Shown here: positions 23,501 to 37,700 of the stretch, one piece after another
Layout of the letters: the number at the start of each line of letters is the position of its first letter
How positions within the stretch are numbered: position 1 is the stretch's first letter
Notes under the pieces: model-generated
What the model was told of the DNA's origin: nothing
The model's database searches: none
What the model saw: the letters and a program-made list of their open reading frames with translations, nothing else
Position numbers and translations under genes: made by a program
DNA from: Sphaeroforma arctica JP610
Taxonomy: Eukaryota
DNA length: 44,082 nt
Reading direction: 5' to 3'
Assembly: GCF_001186125.1 (NCBI RefSeq)
Contig: NW_014040369.1
Span: 1 to 44,082 of the forward strand

Positions 23501-25741
23501 CCGAGAATGGAAAGAGACAGATCTTGAAGTAGGTGCACTGTACTACCACAGATGGGTCCTGCGCGCCCTGGAACGGGGGACTGTATCGCCCATACTTCTG
23601 ATGCCCCGCACCCCCAACATCAACACCAGCGCCTCCACAGGTGCACACGAACAAGACACGCCAGAGACACTCTCGCTCACACGAGTACTGGGACTGGATA
23701 TGCCAGAGATGCCGACCCCACCAGCTACCCCACGCCACACCCACGCACCGGACGACCTGGGCTTAGGCGGTGGCTTAGGCGTAGAGGGGATTGTGGGCGT
23801 TGGGGGCATTACGCCCATAGGCAGCCCCGATACGAGTGACGCGGAGAGCGACAGTGGAGGGCATGACAGCGACACAGACGAGGTGTGGGTGGGCACAGGC
23901 GGCCGAGTGTTTGAGGACGCCGAGGACGACGAGACCGAGGCCGCGGCTTTGGCCAGAGATCCGGTGTGTGGGGGTGTAGGGTTTGGTGTGTGGGGGTGTA
24001 GAGTTTGGTGTGTGGGGGTGTAGGGTTTGGTGTGTGGGGGTGTAGGGTTTGGTGTGTGGGGGTGTAGGGTTTGGTGTGTGGGGGTGTAGGGTTTGGTGTG
24101 TGGGAGTGTAGGGTTTGGTATGTGTGGGTTTAGGAGGCCTGGTATTCTTTTGACTTTGATGTGTCTATTGGAAGTGGAGTGGTGTAGAGGAAGGGTGTAT
24201 CAGAGCGCCAGTCCGCGTACATACCCCAGCAATCTTCGCGCGGGGAACTATTTGATCCACACAGTGTTGGGCGAGTATTTTGGTCTGCGTATTGTATTAG
24301 ACCATCTAGGTCTGTGTTTTGTGTTATTAGTCTGAACAACCGCTGTGTGGCATGTTTTTATATCATGGCTTGAATGGATTGTTTCCATTGTTGTTAGTAC
24401 CTCTTTTTTGACTGTATCGAGATTGATTTAGTTAGTGTCCCCCACATTCTCATCCTTGTACGTTTGAGCGAGACGATTACACATGATCTATGTCGATCTG
24501 TCGATAAGATGTGGAAACACTATGTCTACAGTCCGTTCGACTTGTCCTAAGAATTCAGACCGTGTCAATCTGCTGATGTTCAAGCTTGGTTGCATCGGAC
24601 TCTCTTTGCCCCAACGGCTTGCCCCAACCCCACTGATTCAGCAGTAGCTCAGTCCCTGTCAGTTTCATGCACTGGCCCAACATCCGCACCTGTCCTGTTT
24701 CTATGGGACATGCATTCACTTCGTATCGCCGTTTCTTTGCTTGCGAACAGTTGTTAGCAGGTGCGCATGGGTTGGACTTGGGCATTGCACACCACACACC
24801 GGACATCAGCACTCTCGAGGACACCTCAGCTGACACCGCAGATACGTCGGTGCGCAGAGTGTCTGACTTTGTGGAGAAGTACATCGGAATGGCCCCCGAG
24901 GCTGTCAAAGAGGATGGGACGGATGGGCCAGCTGAGACAATTAAAGAGGAGGGGCGCTCGGATGTGCTGGTGCCCCTCTGGCCGGGGTCGTCGCGCAAGG
25001 TGTCGGTGAAGGTGATGTGCGTGCAGCTGCTGTATGAGTTGGGGAGATTCCACTCATTCCGCAATAAGTAAGTGTCGATGGATGCAGAGGGCGGGTGTCG
25101 TTGGGCACCATGTACCTCTGCACTAGTGTCCATTCGCTATAGTATATGCCTGTTGTTTGATGTAGTATATGTAAGTTGTTTGATATAGTATATGCCTGTT
25201 GTTTGATGTAATATATGTATGTTGTTTGATATAGTATATGTATGTTATTTGATATAGTATATGTATGTTGTTTGATAGAATATATGTCTGTTGCATGATA
25301 TAGTACATGTCTGTTGTTTGATAGGTGTGGTGTGCTTGTTTTTTAATGTGTATCTAACATTATTTCCTCTGGCGTGTGCCTTTGTATTTGTAATTCGATT
25401 GGTATTGTTTGCATTTGCATTGGTGCGTGCGATGCATAGTGCGCAGTGCTGAAGTGGAGTTGAGATGCGTCAAAGCATGACCGCTCTTGGAAGTGGTTGC
25501 TGATTGTGCTCATCTATTAGAAAGTCAATAGGTTGTTCAGTGTGTTGTTTGCTACGTTGACAGGAGTGTATCCTGAAGCGATTTACAGCCTAGTTTTCTT
25601 TGTCATTGGTTTGTATGTTTCTTGGGGCAGAAGGTGTCCTACGATGCACCCGAACTCATAGTGCACCCATTTCCATTCGGCCCCAACACGACTGACGATA
25701 CTCTAGCTTATTGTTATATATATACATATATTATATTTATA

Positions 25742-25784
<43 letters not shown>

Positions 25785-28700
25785 NNNNNNNNNNNNNNNN
25801 NNNNNNNNNNNNNNNNNNNNNNNNNNNNNNNNNNNNNNNNNNNNNNNNNNNNNNNNNNNNNNNNNNNNNNNNNNNNNNNNNNNNNNNNNNNNNNNNNNNN
25901 NNNNNNNNNNNNNNNNNNNNNNNNNNNNNNNNNNNNNNNNNNNNNNNNNNNNNNNNNNNNNNNNNNNNNNNNNNNNNNNNNNNNNNNNNNNNNNNNNNNN
26001 NNNNNNNNNNNNNNNNNNNNATATATGTATATATATATACATCTAAATATATATATATATATGTATATATATACATATATAAATAAAAATATCTATATCC
26101 AACAAGGATATAGTTTCATCCAGAGCTCACTTTGTTGGCATCTAACCAATGTACGTGTTCTTGCAGCTATCAGAACGCGTACGAGTGCTTCTCTCGTGTG
26201 CTGGACGTGTGGAGGGACGTGTGTGAGTTGCCAGAGGAGGCTGATGAGCATCACCGTATAATTGCATTCAGCCTGGAGGATGCCACCAACTGGATGCTTG
26301 CGGTGATGCACATGTTGCAGGTGCGGGTTGTTCGTGGTTGTTGTGTACTATAAAGAGTTTTACGGTTTGGGTGTTACTGTGCGTATAGCGTTATACGTAG
26401 ATGTCTGGATGTAGCCTTGAGCGGAAGCATCTTGTAATATGCCTATAGTACATGTTGCGTGAAAGCATTTGACGAGAGTTCATGTAAGTAGAGCATATGT
26501 ACAAATACAGTCTACGAGGAATTTTTAGGACTTTGTACTGGGATACGGTTGCTGCATGCAGATATATCATGGCAATTCTTGTATCGGAGGGTATAGTACT
26601 TGTTCACACAAAGCCCTGCGCATGTGTACGTTGTGTGTACCAATGTACGAGATGAATTTTCTACTGTGTCTACGTACGAATGCAGTTATTTTGACTGACT
26701 TTTGAATTTAAGGTTTTTTGGGCATGCGTTTACACTTTGCCAGTGTGTGTGTGTAATATTTGCTTTGCCTGGCTACATACTACTTCAAACCATTGAGCAT
26801 ATTTATCGTCTCATTTAATTTGGAGTGTATTCTAGAAAGGGCAAGTATGCATATGCACGCACTATATGAGTGAGCTGGTCAGGTTGTTCCTCAGTTGGGT
26901 GTCTGCCTTTAACTACCATCACTGTTGGCTCTATAGGCTAGTACTCTACGCAGTGAGATCAGGTAGTCATGTAGCGGTAGTCCCATGTGCTTTGTTTCCG
27001 CACCGTCTTTGAGACGTCTGTGGCTTTTGGGGCATGCTATTGGGGTCAGGTAGTTATTTAGTGGTAGTCCCATGCGCTTTGATTCCCCACCGTCTTGGGG
27101 ACGTCTGTGGCATTCGGTGCAGGCTATTGGGTAGGCTGTTCGGTGCCTATGCTAGTTGGTGAGCTATTGAGTACTTGCTGTGCGATGCCTTTGCGTGCCA
27201 TTGGGAAGTGCACTGCAATCCCTTACTTATCATCTGCGCTATATGGTTAGTGGGTGTGCCGGAAGTGTGCTTGACGAAAAAACTTGATTTATAAAGGTGG
27301 TGAATGGTGGTAGGTATACCATGAATGGAAGGAGCCTATGCATCGGATATGGCATTCAAAGCTGCTCTCTATGAAAGTATCATTAGACTCAGAGTACACA
27401 CATCGCCACTACCCCTCTCATAGGACAAGTAACTTACTTTGGTAGTAAATCCAATGCAGAAGTCTCAGACACATCCTGTCATACAAATCTATTTATAGAC
27501 ACAACGACCCCTCTCATATCGCAGTGTAGGGACGCAGCCACTATCATCTGTCGTGTCTGATACGCACACGCATGAACTAACAAACAGCGATACTACAAAC
27601 AACACAGACAACACCACAGCCAATCTCATTGGTATGATGGTTGTGCGTTTGTGGTTATGTTATGTATGCACATCCCATGCGCATCGCACCAACTGATCAT
27701 TGCCCTGTTGTGAGTCATATCCCAAACGTGTCATGTGAAACACCGCACAGGGCGACGACGCGCCGCTCACTGTAGACTGTGCCGCTGCGCTGGCGAACTC
27801 GAAACAGGGGCCAAGTGATGCGGATCTTGGGCCTATTGGAGGGGGTCTCGGGCTTCAAGGAAAAACGGCCCTGCAGATATATGCACAACAGTACATGGGT
27901 AGGTAGCTGCTTGTGCTTGTTGTCTAATGCGCCGGTGTGATAGAGCGTCAGCGTAGTGTGTTACGTGTGGTTGTAGGGCGATCGCAGGCGCATGTTGCCC
28001 ATGTCATGGGTGTAGTATAGCAGCAGCTTCGCTCGCAGTTACGTAGGCTGTCCTGCACTTACATGCACTTGATTGTACACACATATACTCACTCACACAC
28101 ACACACTGGACTAACCTCAATCACACAGACGTGGAGAAGACCTTTATAGGCGACAATTTGACCGATGAGCTGTCAGATGCCTTCCGCTACAGTGTGCAGT
28201 GCGAGAGCGATTACTGGGCTGAGATAGGCCTCCCCCGTGACAGCAGCAGCGCCAACGATCCCAAGAAGGATGACAGGAAAACCAAGAGTGATGATAACAA
28301 CACCAACAACAACAACACCAACAACAACACCAACGACAACAGTAGTGAAAACAAAGTACATACACAGGACAACACTGAGCAGACAACGCACAGCACTGCC
28401 GACAGCGGCCACAAGAGCCACGTACTGATCAGCTGGGGCTGGCGCATGCGCATTCTCAACGCTATCAAGGGAAGCATCTACAACCGCGTATGTACACGGG
28501 CGGCACACATGCACACGGGGAGAATAGAGCGGGAAAGAGACGGATGTGTGTGTGTGTGTGCAATGGTGCTTGTTAATGTAGCGTTAACTAGTCAGGTTTT
28601 GTGGTGTGTGGCGCTGATATGGAGCTGTAGCGTTTCTTGTGGGACCACCTTGTTGGGCTATTGACGATTGCTGTGTGCGTGTTGCAGCCGAGCTCATATG

Positions 28701-31700
28701 ACGCGATGAAAAGGTGTCCTCTGCCTGTCAATGGGTGTATGAAGTGGTTATGCAAATGCGTTTACGCAGTCTGAGCGGCTAGTTAGGATAGTTTCATGGT
28801 TAGGGTTTAGGGTTTAGTAGTCAGTTAGGGTAGTCTGAGCAGATAGTTAGGGTACTAGCTTAGGGTGCAACAACGTTTGCGACGTAATACACAGATCAGG
28901 CTGGTGTTGCGATATATTTTAGTGTTGCTTGTTATTAACACATGTTTGCGCATATGGTCACCCACAGGTTAATGGTTGTGTTCTTCACATAACTTACGTA
29001 TGAGCGTTTGCCGTCAGGCGTAGCATTGTGCGACCAAACCGTGAACTCATGGCTCACACAGTGCCTCTGCGCCGGCAGATTGTAGCCGTGTGTATTATAG
29101 TTGTGAATTAGTGTGACAACGTACTGCACTAACATGAAACTGGTTCCTACTCTGCGCTTGTTTCATCATGTATGTTTGTTTTGCGTGTGTACAGCTGTGG
29201 TTTAGTGTGACAACGTACTGCAACGGCATGAAATTAGTTTTTTATACAAGGTTTCATGCTCAATTGTGTTTGTTTTAGCCGTGTGCAGTACAGTTGTGAA
29301 TTAGTGTGACAACGTACTGCACTAAAATGAAACTAGTTCCTTCTCTGCGGTTGTTTCCTAATCTCTGTTTGGTTCTACAGACTTCTGACCCCGCGATCTT
29401 CCACAACATGAACGAGACCCAATGCAAAGCCGCCATGGCCTACTTCCTCACAACTTGTGATCAGCTGAGAGCGAGGTACCGCACTTTAAACCACACCCGG
29501 GCCAATGGTAAGTGCAGAGAAATGAAGCACGCGAACCCAACACCAAGTGTATATCGGCTGGAACAGCATGTATATATTAAATGTATCACTAAGTGCATAT
29601 TAAATATATCACCAAGTGCATATCGGAGTGTTGATATAGTGGTGTTATAGTGTTGTTATAGAGTAAGCTGTTCTACAGTATGCCTTCTGTGTTGTTGACC
29701 GCTGTGGCTGCACCCATATTGCATTTCGCTTGTCGTTTGTTGAAGCTCTCATTTTCCGACATCTGCAGACTACGCACATTTTGTTTCGTGCGCAAGTCAG
29801 ACCCACACAATCCAAGTTTCATTACTACCCACCCCTGTGCACACATGTTGAATTAACTTACTACACACCCCTTTACACACATGTTGAGATAATTTACTAC
29901 ACACTAAACCCTAAATCTTGAACCTTAAACTCTAAACCCCTTTGTACCTCTCAGGGCTGCCCAGGAGTTGGAGTGTGTGCCGTCAACGCCTGTGCAGGTT
30001 AGCGCAGATGGCGCACTTCTGCACAAAGGACTTGCGCACGTGGATGGTGTGTGTCATGTTCGAGATAAAACCCTAAAACCCTAGTCCGAAAAAAATACGT
30101 ATGCATATATGCCACTCCCTCCACGTGTATGGTGTATTTGCAGTCGTTAGTATGAAACTCTGACTGAACCAACATAGACACCGAAATCATTCTTAGTGGC
30201 AACTACGTACCCGTAGTGTTGGTAGTGTTGGTAGTGTTAAAATGTTGTTGATACATGTGATTGCTGGCTGTGACAAAGTGTTTTCTGTTCTTAGCTGATG
30301 AGAGTTTTGTTTCAAACCTTTGATGCAATGCGTTTGCATCGTAAGACTTATGCCAGTGTTTGATGTAATAATATTGTGCGACACTTGCCTACAGTCCTCT
30401 GTCAGTGTTTGATGTAATACTACAATACACTTACCTACAGTCCACTGTCAGTGTTTGATGTAATACTACTATACACTTACCTACTGTCCACTGTCAATAT
30501 TTGTTGTAATGGTACTATGCGACACTTACCTACAGTCCTCTGTCAGTGTTTGATGTAATACTACTATACACTTACCTACAGTCCTCTGTCAGTGTTTGAT
30601 GTATTACTACTATACACTTACCTACTTTCTTCAGTCAATGTTTGTTGTAATGCTACTAGGCGACACTTACCTACAGTCCTCTGCCAGTGTCTGATGTAAT
30701 ATTACTATACACTTACCAACAGTCCTCTGTCAGTGTTTGATGCAACACTATTATACACTTACCTACTTTCCTCAGTCAATGTTTGTTGTAATGCTACTAT
30801 GCGACACTTACCTACAGTCCGCTGTCAGTGTTTGATGTAATACTACTATACACTTACCTACAGTCCTCTGTCAGTGTTTGATGTAATTCTACTATACACT
30901 TACCTACAGTCCTCTGTCAGTGTTTGATGTAATACTACTATACACTTACCTACAGTCCTGTGTCAGTGTGACTTATTTTGGGACTCCATTCAACTGCGTA
31001 GGATGGAGCAGATGCGATGGCCGACGACGACGTGATTGACTTTACCATATTAGGGGCGACAAACCACAATGCACATACCAACCCCGGACCAGGTGATAGT
31101 AGACAAATAACCAGGAGTGCATGCGAGAGCGATAACATGGACATAGACAATATCTCGGATACAACGGACCGGCCTATGGATGAGTCAAATGTGATGGGCC
31201 ACGGGAGAAATGCCGTACGAAGAGAACCGGAGACACAGACACAAGCACACGAGAGTTCACACAGCCATAAGATGCCCGAGACAGATGCAGGTGTGGGGTT
31301 ATTGTTAGTTGTGTTTGCATTAATACTAGTTACTTTAAGAGTATCCTAGTGAAGGAATATATTTAAGAGGATATAGTTATGATAAGTAGGTTGTGTCCAT
31401 ATCTGATTCTATGCAGTTGTTTTAAGTAAGTTGTATTCATATCTGATTCTATGCAGTTATTTTAAGTAGGTTGTGTTCATATCTGATTCTATGCAGTTGT
31501 TTTAAGTAGGTTGTGTTCATATCTGATTTTATGCAGTTTTTTTAAGTAGGTTGTATTCATATCTGATTCTATGCAGTTATTTTAAGTAGGTTGTGTTCAT
31601 ATCTGATTCTATGCAGTTGTTTTAAGTAGGTTGTGTTCATATCTGATTCTATGCAGTTGTTTTAAGTAGGTTGTGTTCATATCTGATTTTATGCAGTTTT

Positions 31701-34700
31701 TTTAAGTAGGTTGTGTGCATATCTGATTCTATGCAGTTTTTTTAAGTAGGTTGTGTGCATATCTGATTCTATGCAGTTGTTTTAAGTAGGTTGTGTTCAT
31801 ATCTGATTCTATGCAGTTGTTTTAAGTAGGTTGTTCATATCTGATTCGATGCAGTCGTTCTCAGTAGGTTGTTTTCATTTCTGATTCTATGCGGCTGTCA
31901 TAAGTTTGCGTTCATGTACTGTCTTATCGTATTGCATATATTCTTGTGTTTAGGGTTTCAGGGTTTTTTGTAGTCCGCTAGCAGTGCATCTCTGGGTTAA
32001 GGGTTTAGGAGTTTTATGCTCACGGCATGCGCTGTATAAGCTCATGGACTGATAGGTAGCATGCTTGATTGGCTTGTTGAGGAGTTAGGGTTTTAGAGTA
32101 TTAGAGTTTTAGGGGTTTAGAAGTTTAGGGGTTTGAGGGGGTTTAGGAGAGTGTCTGTGTGTAGACCAAAAGAAAATAAACTGAATCACCTTAGTTTTAG
32201 GGTTTAGCCTAAAACCCTAAACTCTAAACCCCTAAAACAACTGGCCTGACTCAATCACCCGCACAACTGCTTTGGCTCTGCAGTGACATCTGTTTTCTGC
32301 ACTGACTCGTGGGATGACTTTGTTAAAAGTTCCGAACTCTCGCGCGCACTCAATCTGGCGATGGGCGATGGCGATGAGTCATGGATCACTGGGGAACTGC
32401 CGCAGAAGGTGGGTGTAGTGTATGCACTGTACAATAGGATGAAATGCGGCTCGTGAAGTTCACGAGATGTTGTCAGCAACTAATCCTAACACTAACATAC
32501 TGCATAGCTAAACCATTGCAGATGCTAGCTAAAGATGCCTTTACTAACACACACTCAAATCTATAACTAAACCAGTACAGAAGCTAGCTAAGGATGCCTT
32601 TACTTACACGCACTCCAATCTATAACTAAACCATTGCAGATGCTAGCTAAGGATACCTTTATCACACACTCATACTAAACTACTACAGATGCTAGTTACG
32701 GATGCCTTTACTAACACACACTCTAATCTATAACTAAACCATTGCAGATGCTAGCTAATGATGCCTTTATTCACACACACATAACTAAACCATTACAGAT
32801 GCTATTCATGGATGCCTTCACAAACACACACTCAATCTGTAACTAAACCATTGCAGATGCTAGCTAAGGATGCCTTTGCGCGGGAGGGAATGGGGCGGCT
32901 GAGTCATTCGGAGGTGTTACTTCTGGGATTGCCCTCTAAGCTGTTGTGGCACAACGACGCACAGGCGTACACATACACAGGGGTTGACTACAGTCTGTTG
33001 GATCCAGTGGATAGTACGGGCCAGTTAGTGCGCACTGCGAGACTGCAAGTGGGGGGGGGGCCTTGGGGTGGCGGAGGGGGTGGCTTAGGCGGTTCTGGAG
33101 CATGTACCACGACACAGCAACTGGAAAGAGATGTGTACGCCGTTGCGAAGAAGTTAGAGTGTATGATCAAACAAGTGATGATTAATGAACAGGGGTATGT
33201 GGTAGTGCGTGTGCGTGTGCGTGTGCGTGTGCGTGTGCGTGTGCGAGTATGGGTATGGGGTTTTGTGTATAGATGATACCACATATACGAATATATGCAC
33301 ATAAGTATTAAAACGATTATATATATATATATTATATTCATATATATATATATATTNNNNNNNNNNNNNNNNNNNNNNNNNNNNNNNNNNNNNNNNNNNN
33401 NNNNNNNNNNNNNNNNTAGTAAATTAATAGTCCGTCCGCAGTCTGTGAACATGTGCTGCTTTGCTTCTGCTGTCATAGTCACTCACATAAGCATACCTTG
33501 CAAGCAATGTGTGCTCGATTCTTTTCATACTCACAATCTGTCCTCAAATGAAGTGGCTATTCCTTCGCACTCACATCAAACTCGACTCAGACAAGGTTGA
33601 GTTTGTGTGCTCACTTCTATTCGTCGATGATTTTCTCCTTTAATGCGTTTGTGTGTTCACTTATATTCGCGCATGTGTGTCTTCTGTTACAGCGCTTCAA
33701 TCGATCGCGTGGCCGTTACGTTTGAGCTATGTGACGTCCATCTTGTGCGAGAGGGTATGATCAGGGCGTGCGTGGTGTGGCGGAAGCGTTGCCATGACAA
33801 CGCCGAGAAGTTTCTGCGCGGGGTGTGTGCTACGCTGGAGGATCTGGAGGGCCACATGAGAGATCGCTTGCAATTGCGAACGGTATGTCATTGGCTGTCA
33901 GCAGTTCACAATGGCAGTTGTTGTGCACACATCCAGACAGCAGTCACTTGTATGTAGACACTTACGCAAATACTGCAGTTGCATATGTGTGTAAGAATAA
34001 CTACGTAAGTGTGTATTAACATCCACGTATGCGTGTATGAATAACTACGTATGAGTGTATTAACATCCACGTATGCGTGTATGAATAACTACGTATGTGT
34101 GTATTACCATCCACGTATGCGTGTATTAACATCTACGTAGGTGTGTACTAACATCTACGTATGTGTGGATAAATATCTACGTATGTAGTTTATCATCTAT
34201 GTATGTGTGTATTAACATCTACGTATGTGTGTATTATCATCTACGTGTGTGTGTATAAATATACAAATATGTGTATTAACATCTATGTATGTTTGTATCA
34301 ACATCTACGTATGTGTGTATTATCATCTACGTATGTGTGTGTAAATATCTACGTATGTGTATTATCATCTAACATTTACGTGTGTGTGTATTAATATCTT
34401 TGCATGCGCCGGTCGCCCTCGTACTCATCGCTTATGCAATATGTAGTATACTCGAATAGTATAAGGGTTGGAGTTTAGGGTTTTAGGGTTTACCTATCAA
34501 GCGCTTATTCGCGTCACTCACAACATTCACACGTGTTTTATCTCCAACGCTTACACGCACACATACACACCACAGATGAATGAACTCGTGGTACCGGCTC
34601 TCAAGGCCATCCACGACTGCTCACAGCGCGTGTCGTGGCACATCGCAACAGGTATTGGTTTATATGTATACCAATTATACACACCAATCAATATAATAAC

Positions 34701-37700
34701 ATTTATAATAGTAAGCGTAGNNNNNNNNNNNNNNNNNNNNTATGTATCAATGTATCTATGTATCTATGTATCTATGTATGCATGTATGTATGTAAGTATG
34801 TATGTGTCTATGTATGTATGTATGTATGTATGTGTGTATGTATCTATGTATATGTGTGTATATATGTATGTATGCATATCTGTATATGTGTATGTATGTA
34901 TGTGTATGTGTGTGTGTATATATGTATGTATGTATGTATGTTTGTATGTATCTATGTATGTATGTAATTATGTTTGTATATTTTTATGTATGTGTATGTA
35001 TATATGCATGTACATGTAAATATTTGTGTATATTTATGTAGGTATGCATGCGTGCGTGTTATATGCAGGTGACTAGTTGTGGGGGGGCTCTGTGGATTAG
35101 TCTCAGCTAATACTCAGTTGGTAGTCATAGCGGTATCAACCGCAAACACCTGAACCACGCGAGGCAGTGAGTAGGTGAGAGCGCCATTAAAAGTGGGCTC
35201 GTGTCTGAGGAAGCATTTAAATGCGCTTTATAGGCCTTGTGCATGTGTGTACAATGGCTATGCCTTGTGCGTGTGTGTACAGGGGCTATCTGGCTGTACT
35301 TGGAGTGATCATATCTAACTTGTTGAGGCAGTGCAGTCGATGGAGACAAGGTTCATATCTCACACGCCGAATTGAAATGGCTCTGTGTATTCTTTGGGGA
35401 AACCTTTTGGCGAATTGCGATACAGTGTATCCTTGGGATCAGCCCACAGTCCGATTTTAGGGTTGAGGGTTTTAGGGTTTCCTAAGTCCGAGTTGTTTGT
35501 GAGTGTCGTGCAATTCACCCAGCCACGTGTTATTCGTAGTATGTCTTATCTTGAGGCATAGATACCTACTTATGAGGTTTAGGGTTTGTAAAATCGCTAA
35601 ACCCTAGAACCCTGAAAGCCAGATATTGATAACGACCTTTGTTGACTGCCAATGATGAACGTTCCTGTGTAGTGGTTCATGATCTAATTATTTTATTATT
35701 ATTTATTATTTATTATTTATTATTTTTTTTTATTTATTTATTTATTTATATATTTATTTATTTATTTATTTATTTATTTATTTGTATATTATTTATTTAT
35801 TCATTGATTATTTATTTATTTATTTGTAGTGCTGGCGGACAAAGTTAACAAAGAAGCGCAGGAGATGTTTAAGGTGGGATACGAACTCAGCGACCAATCA
35901 GAATGCGCCGACGCCCTCATCAAAGAGGTGAGTCATTGAGGACCTGGCGAGTGCTATGCATTTAACCCCTAAACCCTATATAGTATTATATGAACCTTAT
36001 GAATCAGTACATGCACTGTGCTCAATTTACGCTTGTATAGTAACATTTTTTCGTGGGTTAAATAGTATCCACGCATCAGTGCGTGTTGAGCCTGCCGTAT
36101 AGAGACCACAGCACACTCAAAGGTTGCTTGGTTGACTCCGAAAGGTTGTAGGTATCAAGTCCGGCATTTACGCTGTAGATATTCTTATTGTTTGCATGTC
36201 TTTAATATATTTCTATCGATAACATGATAACATTCATGATTGTGTGGCTGCTCTACTTGCATACCTACCATGATCCTACACAGCCTCTGCCATTTGCAGC
36301 ACCTCATATACCACACCCCTCACAGAACCTCTGCCACCGCCATCAGCATACACCCGAAACCCTAAAAACCCTAAAACCCTAAAACATCTGCATACACAGC
36401 GCTCAACGCCCGTTCTCGTCTGATGGTCGATAGTTTAACGTGTGAAAACGTAAATCTCAAGTGCCTGTTTCTATGCTAGTACTAATGTACACACCCTTAA
36501 CTTAGGGAGTTTCGTTCACCTGCACTCTCTCTCACCTACCATTCACACACTCTTACCTACTCAACGCTCTTGTTTACCTACACTTCGTCCACCTGCGCCT
36601 TCTAATCCCTATCCTTCACTCTCTTATTTAACTTACGCTCTCTCTCACCTACCCCTCACACTCTCTTACCTACTCAACGCTTTTTTTTACCTACACTTCG
36701 TCCATCTGCGCCTTCTAATCCCTATCCTTCACTCTCTTATTTAACTTACGCTCTGTCTCACCTACCCTTTGCCCATTCCTCTTTCCCCGTCCCGTGACTC
36801 AGCTCGAGGTGTGTACAGCCGACCTAGCCGATAAGAAGGCGCCAGCTTATCTGACCCAACCACAGCTGCTGAGTGTGCTGTGTGCTCTGGCAAATGTGGG
36901 GCTGTCTCCTGGGTGTGGCTTGTGGGAGTCTGTCATGGCGTTTGCGAACACCTCATCGCCTGAGGACAAGGGCGTCAAACGACGGCACCCAGGTGTGGGC
37001 GAGTGTGGGAGAGCGTGGCTGAGGATGGTGCACGTAGACACCACAGTTGTATACACGGGGAGAGAGTATAAGTATATATGCTGCGTTTGACTACACATGT
37101 GCACTGTTCTATGTACAGGGAAAGAGTGCACGTATAAATACTGCGTTTGACCATACATGCGTGGGGACAGATGTAGGGCTCTTGGCTATGCATGTGTTTA
37201 AATAGGAGAGTGTCGCATAGCTCTATGTGCGCATATGTGTGTGTGTGTGGTAATGGTTGCTACCTGCACTTGTGCGTGTTTGCTGTTGTACGTTGTGCGT
37301 GTGTGAGTGAATGGGCTTAGTTGTTGTATGTGTGGAGCACAGTGCGTTTGCGTTGTGTATTGTTTTATATATTCTTGTGATCGTCCGGGTAGAGATTCCC
37401 TGACACACCTCGCACAACACTCAGTATCTATGACGTCAGGTATATCTAGGACGTCAGATCAATGGCGTAAGGTATATCTAGGACGTCAGATCTATTTTAT
37501 CAAATGTCTGTAGCCATTGGATCACATTCAACGCCCAATTGCCCGGTAGCGCACTCGCACGTATTACAGCTGCAGACACACACGTAAAACCCCCTTGCTC
37601 AGTAGATCTATCGCAAATGTCACAGCTGCATGCACGGCATTGCATCCGATTCGCCCAGACGCACTTTAATGTGATGTAGGCCTGCCCTTACGTGTGTGAT

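Noticed and set aside
25631..25710. Possible extra INTS8 exon (KVSYDAPELIVHPFPFG...)
   Set aside because: Exons 4 and 5 already join in phase with INTS8-like continuity, and no convincing donor is visible before the gap.
19303..26086. ORFs containing long X runs
   Set aside because: Artefacts of N gaps and (TA)n flanks.
30352..32878. Regular 40-59 bp arrays as possible CRISPR arrays
   Set aside because: Units repeat head-to-tail without unique spacers, no cas genes are present, and the arrays lie in spliceosomal introns.
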